From assembly GCF_000181795.1 (NCBI RefSeq), contig NW_003526945.1:3830108-3894107 (forward strand): a DNA stretch of 64,000 nt, in the 5' to 3' direction. The notes under the pieces were generated by a model. The model was given only the letters and a program-made list of their open reading frames with translations. It was not told the DNA's origin and did no database searches. Below, piece after piece: positions 36,688-53,100 of this stretch (position 1 is its first letter; every line of letters begins with the position of its first letter). Origin of the DNA: Trichinella spiralis (lineage: Eukaryota). The position numbers and the translations under genes are program-made.

Positions 36688-39600
36688 AGTTGATTGAAGA
36701 GAGGTAAAGAGCTGAAGTTAGCGAACGACTGACTTGGTGGAAAAATTTTGTCAAGTGTGAGTTTTAAGCTGCTATGGGTTGATTGACAGTTTGCAGCAGG
36801 CAGATGGCGAAAGTGTAGTCAAGCATCTGCAACAGACAGAGTGAGAGAGGCAGAGAAGCAGAACGAGAAAAATGGAAGCGACATAAATCCTGCAAATTGT
36901 AAGCTGACAACTGAACGCAATTCCGAATTGAAAGGAAAATTGGAAAAATATGAAAAACTTAGAGATTAATCAGACACTGGTGTTGTCTGGGTCGATGCAG
37001 TGAGAGCAAAGTGGCTAATAATTTTGCCATTTCATTGTGCAACGGTGTCGTCATGTTGTTGTATACGCGCTGGGGGGAAAAAGTCGAGACGACGGGCCTG
37101 TCTGACCCGACCGCCGTGTGGTGTTGGTTCGCTTCTGCATTAGCATTTCGTCGTCGTCGTCCTCTGGACGGCTTCTTAACGTCGACTGCATTGTTCTAGC
37201 CGGCGGGTCGCGGCCTTATTGCCTCATCTTGCAGCTGCTCAACAGTGCTTTTTCTCTGTCCCTTTCGCGCAACGATAAACAACTGTTCCACAGCTGTTGC
37301 CTGTCTGGATTCGAAAGCATTGACTTTTCGAAGGAGACGCACCCTTCAACAATCGACACCACACTGTCCCTCTCTCCATCTTATTCATTTATTATTACAT
37401 TCAGAATAATATGTTTTTTTTTGAATTTGTTCTTCATCACACTTGACCAATTGTTCATAAATTGTTGCAAATTGCAATATTATGCAGTATGAAAAATCAA
37501 CTACAATTATATTATTCTTATTCTTTAATCAATAGGGAATTTTTTATCTTTTTCTTAAAATATCAACTATACAAACAAACCAATAATGATCATAATAATA
37601 CTAATTGTTTATTTGGTTTTTATAAATAAGCAACTTTTAAAAAATTGCACAAAATTCTAACAACCATTGTTATCTGCAGGGGTGGAGTTCAGTTGAAAAT
37701 GAAAAAAAGCAAAACTCATCGCTCTTCAATTGTGCGCATATTGTCATTTCAAATTGAAACAAAATCGGCATTGTTGAATTTTGAAAATTATAATTTTTTT
37801 CGTTCCGGTTGATTTCAGTTTCTATTATGATTCAGAGATTGTTGGAAAATTAGGGGGGGGGGGGGAAATACCCCTCATCGTCGAAGATTCTCTCTCATTC
37901 GAACATCCATCTCACTTCCTACAAGACTGGCTTGTTTCAACGCCTGTTTGTGATGCATTGAAAATTTGTCCAACTCTCCTCCGGCAGCAATGTTTCAACG
38001 ATATTAACCCATTTTCCCCCGTCGTCATTATTTCGTCTTTATTGTATATTTTATGGTGGAATAAAATGAAAATTATCGTCTCAAAATTTAAATTATTCAT
38101 CTATGCATTCCAGATTTTTTCCACCCTCCCCCCTGCCTCTTTTGTTCTCGAGGTGAAATGTTCAAATTTGTCCGTAAGCGGTGTTGTTCTCAAAGTTCAA
38201 AGTAGTTTCAGTGCAAAAATCGAAAATTCAGACCAAAAAGTTCCACACCCTCTTGCATCAGATTTGCATAAGAATAAATAATGAAAAGAAAAAAATATAT
38301 ATGTAATCCTTTCAACTCGCGATCGTATCCGGTGAAGAATGCAAGCTTCACAACATTGGACTAATTTGACAATAAGCTTGAATGACAGAGGGATAATCCG
38401 GAGTGAAAAGTACTTACTTTTTGCAAATTGCAATAGTTGAAACGTGGAATGCTGCTAATTTGACGGGGAAAATTAGGCTTGGTTGAAAATTTGTATTTGT
38501 TTTTATTTTCAAAACCGTACACTGCACTGAAGCGAACTGGGGAAAAATTGGAGAGGGGGAGGGGGAGATCCTCGTGACTTTTTTTGGACATATACTGTCC
38601 GGCCTGTGACCTCAGGTCGGCGTATGTATAAATGTGCATTGTTTCATTTATGCGAAACCTCTGGAGTGTGGAAAGCAGCTGGCGCGCGGCTCCTATACTT
38701 GTAGCAAGTGGTCGACGATTCAGGTGTCGTTCGGAGCTTGTCTTCTATAGAAAAACACGACAAATGCAAAAGTAGCGAGTTAATAGGAGAAACGTCAGCT
38801 GGACATCTGCCGCAGGAATCCATAAGCTCGGGTCAAAAGGTCGTTATTTCAGTTTTTGAACCACCGCGGCAGCTTGTGGATATCTCCTCAGGCTGCGTTT
38901 CATCACTTGCCAATTCAAGCTAATCTATTAACATCCCCAATTTGGGCAAGGTGTTCAACGCCGGACAACGATGAAAATTAACATTTCTATTTTCCAGTTC
39001 AAAAGCGGTACTTGAAAAGTCTTCGCTTGACATTCTTCACTTTCACTAATTGAAAGTTCAAATTTCCCAATGCAATAAAAGCGATCGTTTAATTGCATAT
39101 TTTCAACTTTATTATTATGCTGAGAATTTTGCTTTGTTATTTTGTTTTTTCTTTTGTCAAACTGTTGTATTCGACGTTGAACTGAAATTCTCATATTCGT
39201 GAAAAGTCAACTTTCAAAATTTATACATCTATATATCAAAAATTAATAATACCTTTTTTTTAAAAATTTAATTTTTGTCTTCAATTACAAATTTACTTTG
39301 TACCATATTATAATATGGAAGCTTTGCATTGTTTACGTTGAAAATGTTTCTGCTGTCGTTCTACTTTTTCAAAGCATTCAATGCGTAATTTAATAGGTAT
39401 TTTTTTTGAAATTTATTATTTGAAATAAGAAATCTTTATCAAATAATTTCATATTTACATTTCAACATATTGTGCATTTTTGATGAAATTGAATTTGAAT
39501 CATTTTTCATGGGGTAAAAGTTGTTCATTTCCAAAAAGAAAACACATGCTGCAGCTGAAATGAAGCAGATATTATTTGATAAAAATTAATGAAACATTTT

Positions 39601-40776
39601 TGAAAAAGAAAGTAAAATATGACAAAGAAATTCAAAGCCATAAAAATGAAACAAAACCAATCACTTCTTTTGTCACACAAAGGCTTTTAGCAACGAAGTT
39701 GTCAACAGTGCGTGAAAAGAAATTATTAATAACGTCAGTTGGCAGAGTGATTTTGAAATGGCTAAACGGCATTCTCGGACAATATATTTCATTTCATTTC
39801 ATTTCATTTCAGACATTCAGTTCAACATGAAACATTGTAAGAGTAGAAATTTTTAATGTCAAACTTTGAATTTATCTGCATAAACATTTTTTGAAAAACA
39901 GCATTCCATTTCGATAATTTCAATTATTTTTTTATTAAATATACGTTTTAAATTTTCAGTAAAATTAAAAACAATTGTTTCCAATTCAACTAATTGAATA
40001 TTATTATACAAAAGATTGTTATTATACATTGTGTGTGATTTACAGTAATGATTAGTCCTACATTAGTTGGAAAGATATTTCAAACAAGCATCATTGTTTT
40101 GGAAGAATTTTTGCACGTCTTATTTAAGAAATGATCAATTTAAAATGTTCAATGAAATATAAATTCACTTTCATGCCTGAGTGCATTACAGTGTTTTGAA
40201 ATTACAGTATAGCGTACATGTACTGAAAAAAATGGTTCACTCAATGTTTTATATAAATTAATCTTCTTTGAAAATTTAATTCTGTTGTTCATTATTAAAT
40301 ATTTTCATTTCAGCTTTCAAACTTTGCATATTCAATTCTGCGTTTTATTATTAAATCGTCAAATATACATGAAAACGATTGTGCAAATGTTTCTTAAAGT
40401 AAAAAAAATAATTAACGTCAACCAAACATAATTGTTACACAACAATTGCAGCATTATACAGTAAATATTACATAAGCGGACAACTTCAGCGTACTGTAGA
40501 TGTATTAATGATGATCAACATTTTGTATATTTTCTAAAGTTTTATCAAATTGAAAATAAACTTGATAAAAATTTTTATTAAAAATTCCATGCTTAATATT
40601 TATTTTGTACTATGAAAATGATTGAAAATTATTTTTATTTTCATAAGAATAACATAATTGTACTTGCTTTTTAGTATTACGTGCGTTTTACTTTGCTTTT
40701 CAAATTGTCGATGGCAACGTGTTTTGAAAGAGTTTTATGAATTATAAGTTTGTTTATAATTTATATTGTTTTAGAA

Positions 40777-42479
<1,703 letters not shown>

Positions 42480-43634
42480 TGTGTCCACTGAAACAACCGA
42501 CACGGCATCATTTATTTACGTACGTTCCTCTTTGTTTATTTATAATATTTGGAATTATTTATTTAACGATAAAAATTAATTTGATGAACTTTCTGACGAA
42601 AATTATAATTCAAAAAAGTCAAAAAAAGTTTTCATATATATATATATATATATATATTGTTTTAGCATTTTGTTTTAGTTCAGCATTGAATAAAAAGTTG
42701 GTTATGGGTGATATTTTTGTTATATTGAGCACATAAGCATATTTTGTTTTAATCTTTTAAACAGAGATGAACGCTGATTATGCTGAGTGCTAAATGAATT
42801 TACGCAGTGTGCACTTTAAACTGATATTTCAGCTGGCACGTGGAAAAAAATATATCATCACCACATCGAAGAGGATGTTTGTTATATGTGGTTCAAGTGT
42901 TTGCCGTTTCGATATGTTGCATGATGATTTTTTTTAGCGTTGTATTTGTTTTGTCTGCTAGTTGGTTATAAATGAGAGGAGACTGCTTTAACAACGTCAG
43001 TTGAGCATTTCACGTTCGTTTGGTTTGTGTTTGCTTTTCGAAATAAAAGCAAACAACACCACCAGCACCAGCACATTTGCAAACTTCTTCTGGAACAGGG
43101 CAGTCAGTTTGAATTTGACCTTCCCGCCTTTTTCCTCTCTGTACACAGACTGTTTCAACGTTGACACTGTTTTAAGTTTTACACTTCACCTACACATCAT
43201 TTACTGTCGACATATTCCACAACTATACTGTACTTGGTAGCGCGTTTGTCGTTTGTTTCAAAGTGGTGGTGTCGATCTGATTTGTCAACTCGGACTGCAT
43301 CGTAATTTGCAATTCGTCCGTCGTCAACCGTCTGCTGTCGCTTCAGGCTTCAGGAACAAATGACGTGCTGCACGCAGGCGGCGTTCAACTCCAAGGCGCT
43401 TTGTCACAAGCTTCAGCTTTGCTGTTGTTGTCGTTACAAGCGTTTTAATTCTTCTCGTTCTGCTTCTGCTTCAACATCTTGAAAATTTTCCACTTCTGCT
43501 TCTTCTTCTTCTTCTTCATCTATTCATTCGTCTTCATTCCAATTCAACGTTGTCCGACGGCAGGTGCTTTCAATAGAACGTCCTAAGACGACGTCGAGGA
43601 GGAGCAGGAGGAAGTTTCATCACAAATTTCGCCG

Positions 43635-44105
43635 ATGGTTCATTTTAGAATTTCTCATTTGAGCGTTCTGTTGGTTTTGTCGCTTCCTGCGGTGCTCTGC
43701 TACCGGTCGACTTCTACAAAGAAAAGTGAGTCTAAAAACTGGTTCCATCAAAAGGTGTGGCATTCAACTTTACAGTTGAATGCTGATTGCTGTGTAAGAA
43801 GCCAAAATGCGCTTCATCTTTTTTCTTAAGCGTATAACCACTTAGCACTCACTGATAGTACTGATAATTGTATTTTTATACATATTCACACCAATTCTTT
43901 TCTTATTCTCTTATTTTATTAGTATTTATTTATTTTTAGAAGATATTGTCATTATATTCATAATGAAGGGGAGATGGGATTGTGAGATTGATGTTGTTGT
44001 AGGTTTTTGTTTTTTTTAATTTTTAAAATTTTGCTGCACACCATTTTGTATATCACCAATAAGAGGTTAATAATAAATGGAAAAGAATAATTTAAATGAA
44101 AAAAA

Positions 44106-44143
<38 letters not shown>

Positions 44144-47100
44144 CCGAATAATAATTTATCAACAACAATATGTGGTGTATATTGTGTTCATCATTGAAAG
44201 GAGGCTGCCATCTTCCGGATCGTTCGTTGTGAAAACTGTCCACAGTTTGGTAAAATCATCAGGGAATAGGATGCTTTCAGTCTTCGGGGATCAAAAGCAG
44301 AGGTCAGTGAACACACTTCAACTGAACCGTTGACCTCGACTCCTTTTTTGTCTCAATTCCTCCAATTCCCAGGGTCATTGGTGATCCTTTTTTGACCTTG
44401 GCTACGGATCATCGAAAGGCTTTCTTCGCCACTGAGCTGCAACAAAACAAAGAGCGTTCGTTGCTCAGTAGCGGGGCTTTTTCCCTATTTTTTTTCTCTC
44501 TCTCTCCCTCTCCTTCTCCCTCTCCCTCTTCCGGAATCTATTTTTCATTTTCGCTCCAATGCTTCTCGGCTAAAGCATGCCGGTGAAATTAACGTTGGCG
44601 GTAATTTAGCTGTTTTACCGTTGCATAGTAGCTGACCCACAACGTCGGCCTTGACGTTGTACAGTTTGCGTGCTTATAAAATTGACTCGCAACCTTCCTG
44701 TTCGACGGAACATCCGGCGGCTGCACAAGCGGCGGACCAATCGATCATTGGCGCAATTGAGATTCTACTTCCGTTGGTCAGGATGGGAAATTTTCCACCT
44801 CGACCGACGTGGTGGTCAAGAGAACCTTGACCAACGACGCCTGACCGTGAACAGCTCTTCAACAAACAAACCCTCAAACCTCTGGTACTGCTTCTGCTGT
44901 TTGTCGACGATCAGCTTTCTTGTCTGCTAAGAGCGAGCGTAAATTTACCGTCGATCGTTCCCTATTCTCCATTTGGTCGTGTTCTCCTCTTCCAGACGGC
45001 AACTTGACAAACATACTACAACGCAAAGAAGATGGATCACTATTTTTCTCCACCTTGACAGTACACCATTCAAATTGCTTGTCCTCTTAAGCATAGGTTG
45101 AGAAAAGATGGAAAAGAGAAATCTAGTTCACCGAGTCCAGTGATTTTTTGGTGTTCTTTTTTTTCCGTTTTTATTACTTCTCCAATTAAATGGACTAGAA
45201 AATTCCGCACCTTCTAACCAACGGCACTGGAGGGCTAGATGAGAGGCAGGGGGATGGATATATTTTTACCTTTTCAAATCTCTTTTTATTATTGAATGTG
45301 TTTTTTTTTAATTTTTAATTCAGCAACAAAAACTGACCATTTAAATTTGTCGACAACAATTGCTTTAAAACAAGTATTTTCACGTTTTACACAGGTCGTT
45401 CGATTGTAGCTTTTCACGTTGAACAATTCTGACAAGTGTGCGACAAAATTCACGCAAACTTTTCTCCCGAATTTATTTATCGATTCGTTCTTTTCGATTC
45501 AAATTCAAATTTTTATCTTTTCTTAAATTTGAATTTGAAAAAGGTTTGAAATGAATTTTCTATTCTTATTTCCTTTAATTTGAAAAAAAAACTACTCTCT
45601 ATTTGCACATTTGTGCAAGAAAGAATGTCAATCTGTCTCGTGCCAGCTTATTCAAATTTACGTCAACACATGCATACATAACAGTGACGCTGTCGCTTCA
45701 ACTATTTGGTCGATGAAACTTCTTCAATTGTTGGACAGATTGAATAAATTATATGTTAATTTATTTATTAATCTTTGAGAAATTGCACGTTCGTGGTCGT
45801 TTCTGAATGGAAATTCTTTCACCAATTCTTATTGTCGTCATCGCTTTATCACAATTGATCCAAAATACTTTTCATTTATTCATTTGCTTTTTACTATTGA
45901 TATATATATGTATTTATTTTTTTAAATGTTAATGTGGAAAATTTGTTGTTACGTTTCATGCGTGAACTTTGGTGACAAATTCATTTTGGCATTCCAATTT
46001 GCTTCAATAATTGTCATGGGTGAAATATATATATATCTGTATTTATTTATATTTATTTATTTATATGTATTTCAATTATGGGTTAAAATTTTGCTGACGT
46101 TAGTTATTATACAGCCTGTGACATATTTGTGCAATTGAAATTGTCAAGATAAGTAACTGTAACGTTCATATTTTATTGATGACGAAATTAAGACAACCGT
46201 ATATTGTATATTGTTCGAAATTTTGCCCAGAAAAGTAAGCAAGCGTTGTGCTGTGTGGTGCATCGATTGTGCGATATGTTGCTTTCTTTTTTACAGTTGA
46301 ACAACTTTTTCCGGGAGATTATTTATGACGATGAGTCATCGATGCAAGCTGCGCGAAACATTATTTTTCTTTCCGGCAACAACAACAACAACATGTTTTC
46401 GTCTCACTTTTTTCTCTCTCACTATTTTTTCGCTTATTAATCACTCGAAAAGCATCTAGCTTGTTTTTTTTCTCATTTGAATATTAGCCAACAACTTACT
46501 GTGGAATAATTTTGATTGAAATTTTTTAAACTGAAATTATTTTTATACACCGAATATGTGACGTCAGAGAAATTGCCGTTGTTTTCTTCTATGCATTTTC
46601 TGTTTTTTTTTCGGTTTTCCGCTTATTTTCTCAACATCTTCATGAGCAAGCAAGCGTCAATGAAGATTAATTCTACTCGATGAAACACATTGCCATGAAT
46701 TGACAAACTGCAAACGTTCCAAGCTTGCAAAAAACAAACACACAATGCAACCAAATAGAAGAACATTAAACAACAACGAAGCTGCCGTTAAATTGTTTCA
46801 AAATTTCCCATTTAAAATATTTTATAGTTTTTTTTTCAATTTCAAATTTTTTTATTTTGCTTTATTATTATGTGAAGGCCAGTTTAAATTATTATTATTA
46901 TTATGTTCAAGCTCTTTCCGTCTGCACGATGCGGTCCTGTTGATTGGAAATTGATCAGGTTTTTTCTTCTTCAAAAAGTAGCGCATAATAATTTGATGAT
47001 CAAAAATGTGCAACCAAATTGTACAAATTTGAACTTTTCAACCCCCGGATCGTGTCCTTCTTAGCCGACAAGTCGTGCCACGGACCGTGGGGGGTGCCAG

Positions 47101-50100
47101 GGGTACATAATTTTTCATCATTCGTAGAATAACGGTCCCATCTCCTGGGGATTTTTTATTGCTCTGCAGGGAAATTGGCCCGATTCTTTACTATCGATTT
47201 TTATCGTGAGAACTTTTCAAAATTATCCCCCACCTCTGTACTGCTATTGTAAACTTTTGTCCCAACAACAGAACACGTCACCAAAAGTTTACTGTGGCAT
47301 TGTGCATTGCATTAACGACAGTTTCGACGAAAAATTAATTTTTAATTAGTTTTTGAAAAGAAAATTTTAATTTTATAAAACCTTTTTTTTCAAAAATTAC
47401 TACTGTTGGATTGTTGCTACTTTTACATTTTTGTCGTCTTTACCATGTGGGATTATTGTACCAAGAAGCGGTGTATTTATTTTCACGTCTAATCTCAAAA
47501 ATCCACCATTGTTGCCTGTTAATTATGTTCCATTATTAAGTAGAAATTATATTTGAAATTTTAAAGTTTTAAACTGAATATTAATAAATAATCAATAAGT
47601 CAAGTGGTGTAATAATATCTTCTCATCGAATAAATTATTTGTGCAGAGCATTTTTTATCTATTTTTTCAATAAAAGTGTTTTATCAGTTATTTTTCAAAT
47701 ATCAATGCTGCTCTGGTAAATTGATACTGAATTTTCTCTAATAGATACAGTAACCCACTTTTGCTAATCTTTACATACTGGCAGTGTAAGTTTCAAAATC
47801 AAAGCAAAATAAGTGAAAAATAAAACTGTTATTTATGAAAAGTTTTGCTGAAGCGCAAACAAAAAAAAACCTAAAATTTAACTTTCGCTTCAATGTACAT
47901 AATAGAATTAGCATTTAGAAAGTGGTTTTTTTTCTTTTCACAGAACACATTTGCAACAATTGATTTTCAATTTTAGCATAATAAATGCCGGGGTTGTGGA
48001 TGGAAAAATGGTCTCTCCTTTATTGAACAACTGAGAAAATGATGTTGACTTGTTTTCTTAATTTTGCTGTGCTGGGCTTTTCAATTTTCCACACCAACAA
48101 CCACAACGATATTTAGATTCATAGCACAACAGTGACCTATTTTTACCAGATTCAAACTTACCCTTAGGAAGAATTGGTTAGCAAATTGCATGCATATCAG
48201 CATTTTGCAGTTCAATTCAACGATAAAACCATTTCACATTGAAACTTGTTGTAACAATTTTGTTATGTAAAATGTTTGATTGCATAAATTGTTTAAAATT
48301 AATATTTCCTATTTGTATAATCTGAACTCTGAGTCTTACAGTAGGAGCACTTTTTTACGAGCACACATTTGTTCAATCGATTTTACCACGTAAATTTGTA
48401 CTGTTTATTGGGTGGAGTTTATAAATTTATAAATTTCCAATGAATTGAATATTCCAAATTTGAATTTGCACAATCACGACATATTAAATATCTTCATCGA
48501 TGTTTTCTTTAACTCAAAGTGCAATTGCTGTGTATAATGTACCTTAAACATTTCACCTTACAGTTAGGGAACGAAATCAGCATCCGAATTTCTACGAAGC
48601 ACTGATTTGAATTTCTGCATCTTGATATTGAATTGATGATATTATCAATTGCTATTTGCACTTTTTTGTGTTATCAGTTTTGTGTATTCTGGGTAGAAAT
48701 TTAAACTGGAAAATGCTGCACAATATTCATTGTAAAAAAGAGAATGTAATTTTTATTTACGTCAAACATACAACAACAAGCTTCTTATACAATGTTTGGG
48801 TTCCTTTGTGATCAGGGTTGAATTTTTGAATCGGCGAAATATTTGAATCTCATTAAGCTGCTACAAGTAATATTAGCAAGCAGTAAATTTACGCGTGCCG
48901 TGCTGTATATTAAACTTTTCCACACAATACAGCTTCATGTGCGTAGCAGAATTTTTTATTTGATCAGATCTTTTTTTTTCAATGCTCAGTTTAATGAATT
49001 GTTCAAATTTCTTTCAACTGTTTATTCTTTGAGAATAATAGCACATTTGTGGCTAGTAGAAGCTGTTCAAGAATATCAGAAGTGATGCAAATATTTATTT
49101 GCAAGTATCTTATCTTGGTATTCGTTTGTTTTTGTGGCAGTTGTCAGTTATAAATTTGATACTTTTTGATATCCTTTGCGTTATCACTATCAAAAATTTA
49201 ATTGATGGTTTTGTTAATTGTTTTTTTTATTATTTTAACGCGATAAGCTGTAAATACGGGGTTGTTTCGAACGTATTTTGAAGAAACATGGTGCTCATTA
49301 AAGCTCAGCCAGCGTTAGTTGCTTGTTGGTTGGCTTTGTTTGATCTGCAAAGCAAACGCTCCTGTAAGGCTTTGTTGACTGTGTATTCGTTTGTTCTACA
49401 GTTTCGACGGCTGTCTTCTTCACTTCATTATTTGATTAAATTCACTGACTGCCACATTAATGCGGAATATAGTTGCGGTTTTTTCTTTCCTTGCCCGCAA
49501 CGTTTATCCAACTAGGAGTAATCGTCCACTTGCGAAAACATTCTCATAAATTAGAATGCTTGGATGGATTAGTTAAAGGAAAAAAACAGCTATATATTGT
49601 GACGTAAAAGTTTCGGCATATTACTTCACTACAACGTGCTGTTGTCAGATTTCATTTGGGAAAATGAAAATTGCCAAGCAGTGAGTGCTCAGTTTCGATT
49701 GACCGCTTCCTTGGAACTGCTATTGCCATTGTCTCATCTCAACTTGGTCGTAAGCACTGAAATTGTCTGCTATGCGGAAAATTTATCTATAAGAAGTGCC
49801 GTTCTTGTGCTCTTGTTGCCAAATTGTACATACATACAACACTAGCGTAAAGATCAACTTTGTCCTCAGCGATTTGCAATCGGATGTTTGGGTTCAATTT
49901 TTGCTTCTTTGCTTTCTGCATTACGGTCGCTGTTGCCCCCTGGAAGACCTGCTTTTCTGATGAAAATTTCTGTGGTAAACTGCTGTTTTTACAGTAACTT
50001 TTCCATGTTCCGTTTCAAGGCAATTAGTTCCAACTGTCGACTTAATTTAAACGTTCTTTTTATTAAAAAATATTCTTTAGTTGTTTTTTTATTCAACTCA

Positions 50101-53100
50101 ATTATTGCAATTTGTGATTTATTGTAAACAAGTATTCAAGTTGATTGGAAATTGCAGAAAGTGTTCACATCCGCACGCGCCTACTTAGATTAGTGCTCTT
50201 TACTTGAATTTCGAACAAGCAGTGATATGAAAATTTCAGTATTTACTTTGGGATATAATTTTCGAAAAGCATTCTTGATGACGAATGAGAGAAAATCGAA
50301 GTAAATTCTTCTCTCATAAAAGTGCTCTGAAATGGCAAAAGCACTTTTATAATATATTGCTAAATCCTGAAAATCCTAAAATTATATCGTATGCAAGATA
50401 AGTTAGTTTTTATTGTTTGAAGTTATTTATCTGCACTGTCCAGCAAAGAAACTTTAAAAACGCTTTTGAAAGAACTAAAATTGCTGTTTCATACTGAATT
50501 GAAGATTTAAATAGCTGTCGATTTGGGGTTTTTAATGCTATGTCGATGATATCTATTGTATATACCGGAAGAAAACGAATGAATGCTTGCACACTTTACA
50601 TCTCATGCCATGAAAGTGTAAAATATTGACCACATATCAGTTATGACGTTTTAAATTGAGTGTGTGAGTATATTTGAATTGCATGACGTATCGATTCTGA
50701 TGTTCTTTTTGGTATATTTGATTTTGGCAATTAGTTTGCATTATGCTAATTAGTTATTGGCTATCTGTCCGTCATTGGTGCTAGTTTTACAAGATTACGT
50801 AAATAGCAGTACAATTGATAGCATATGCACAGCGATGAAACTGATCTCAAAAGACAAGAGAGTGGATTTCCATTTGTTTAATGAATTAAGTGATCCAATT
50901 TTGTTACGTTACACAGAATTTTTATTTTCGATTGTAGTTTGTTCCGGTACGGAAAATGGTCTGAATAAGCTAGAAGTGCACGAGAAGAAGGTGGAACGTT
51001 TGCGGATGATGTATGCCAATTGTACTGTTGTTCATGGAAATTTGGAGATTACTTACTTGACTCCTGATGACTTGAAAGACGCTGGCATTTCAGATCTGCA
51101 TTTCTTAAATGATATTGTTGAAGTAAGCTCGTTTTGTGTTCATTTTGCTTCCAATTGGAGACGTATGTGAATTATTTTTCTTTTGCAGGTTACTGGCTAT
51201 GTTTTGATAGCACATAATTCGATCCTAAATTTCTCTCTTCCATCACTTCAAATTATTTGGGGTGATAAAAAATTTCGCCCAACTTCAGATCAAATGGTTT
51301 CTCAATTTGGATTGTTGGTTCTTAATAATGCTTTCAGCACGTTTGATCTTTCAAATTTGAGAGGTATGTAAAATTTTTTGAAATGTTAATGGTCTACTGA
51401 AACTGCTACTGCTTGATATTATTTGACAATTTGCTTTATTGAAAAGCAAATCTCCGTGCATATCCTTTGTGAATTATTATTCAAGTGACGTTATTTAGCA
51501 ATTCACGATGGCTCTGTTGGGATTCAAATGAATCATCGTATGTGTCATTGGAAAACGATAGATTTTCGTCAGTTGCTTGGTGACAACTATGAAAAGAGGT
51601 TAATAATCAGGGATAGTTATGGAGATTGCTACGCAGGTACAGCTCACTGACTACGAGCTTTTTCTTTGCTTATTTTTTCTTTTTTTACATGAACGTTTGT
51701 TTGTTTAGATGCAGTCTGCGACAGCAGTTGCGTGCATTGTTGGGGTTCAGAGAAGCGTCACTGCCAAAAAAGTATATGAAACTTTTTATTAATATTCCGC
51801 TGCTGAATTATTAATTTACTCAAATATTTACTGGTTCAGTTTATCGAAACAACTGTGCACCACAGTGTAGCAGTGGGATGTGTTATGACGTTGAGAGTCC
51901 ACAATTTTGCTGCCATCCAGAATGTGCAGCTGGATGCTTTGGTCCATCAGATTCGGAGTGTTATGTATGTTATAAGTTTGGTGATTTTGTGATGCGTTTA
52001 TGTTTACGTTTCTGTTTTTTTCTTGTTTTTCAGGGCTGCAGTACAATGAGGGACAACGGAAAATGTGTCGACAAATGCCCCACACCAGAATTGTACGATC
52101 CTATTACAACACAGTATGTGAAAAATCCAGACGGCAAATACGCGTTTAATCGTGATTGTGTGACTACTTGTCCAGGTATGGTAGTCAGGTATGGAATTGA
52201 TAAGTTTATAAATCAAAGAAAATTTTATAGCTCACATGGTTGTTTACAAAGATGGGTGTGTTTCTCGTTGTCCAGAAAATTTTACTGCTGATGAAGGAGA
52301 CAATGTTTGTCGTCCTTGCCAAGGGGCATGTCCCAAAAGTAGATTTTAATTTCAACGTCTGATTATTATTATTATTATTAATTTATTACCTTTAAGCCTG
52401 TATTATTGAGCAACATGTTAACTCATTGAATATCAAAGATTTCATTGGTTGTACAAAAGTGGATGGAGTAATTGAAATTCGGAAAGATACTTTTATCGGG
52501 GGTGCTTTGCTACAACCAAATGGAACGTATGTCAATGAGACAGTTTAATTATATTTGTATTTTTTCAAATTTATATATTTTATAGATTTATTCCTTATGA
52601 TCCAATGACGCCGGCACAATTGGAAGCACTGTCTAGCGTTCGTCAAGTGACACATTACGTACTTGTTCAGACGGAAAAGCTAAAATCGTTGAACTTTTTG
52701 AGAAATTTGCAAAAAATCGAAGGTCGAAAACTGTTTGAGTAAGCAGAATCTGTTTGTGTTTTTTTAACGAAGCTGTTCATCCTGTTACTGCTGATTCAGT
52801 TCCAAATACGCATTGTATATTACACATTCGTTTTCGCTGCAACAGTTGGGTACAATTTCGCTGACATCGATACTAAATGGGGAGATTTACATTGCCAGTA
52901 ATTTTGATCTTTGCTACATTCATAATATACCATGGAACAAATTGATTGCATCGACACATAGTGTTGCGAAAGTTCGAAAAAATCGAGAAGAAGATGTTTG
53001 CGGTAAAATTGAATAACAGCTATTTCATATCAGTGTCAAGTATCAATAATAATAATACTAATGTGATTATTGGTTTTTGCTCAGAAGCCGAAGGTCGTAC

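Noticed and set aside
37000..40700. Short ORFs between the KSR-like gene and NSUN5
   Set aside because: No domain similarity or consistent exon chain; likely UTR or regulatory DNA.
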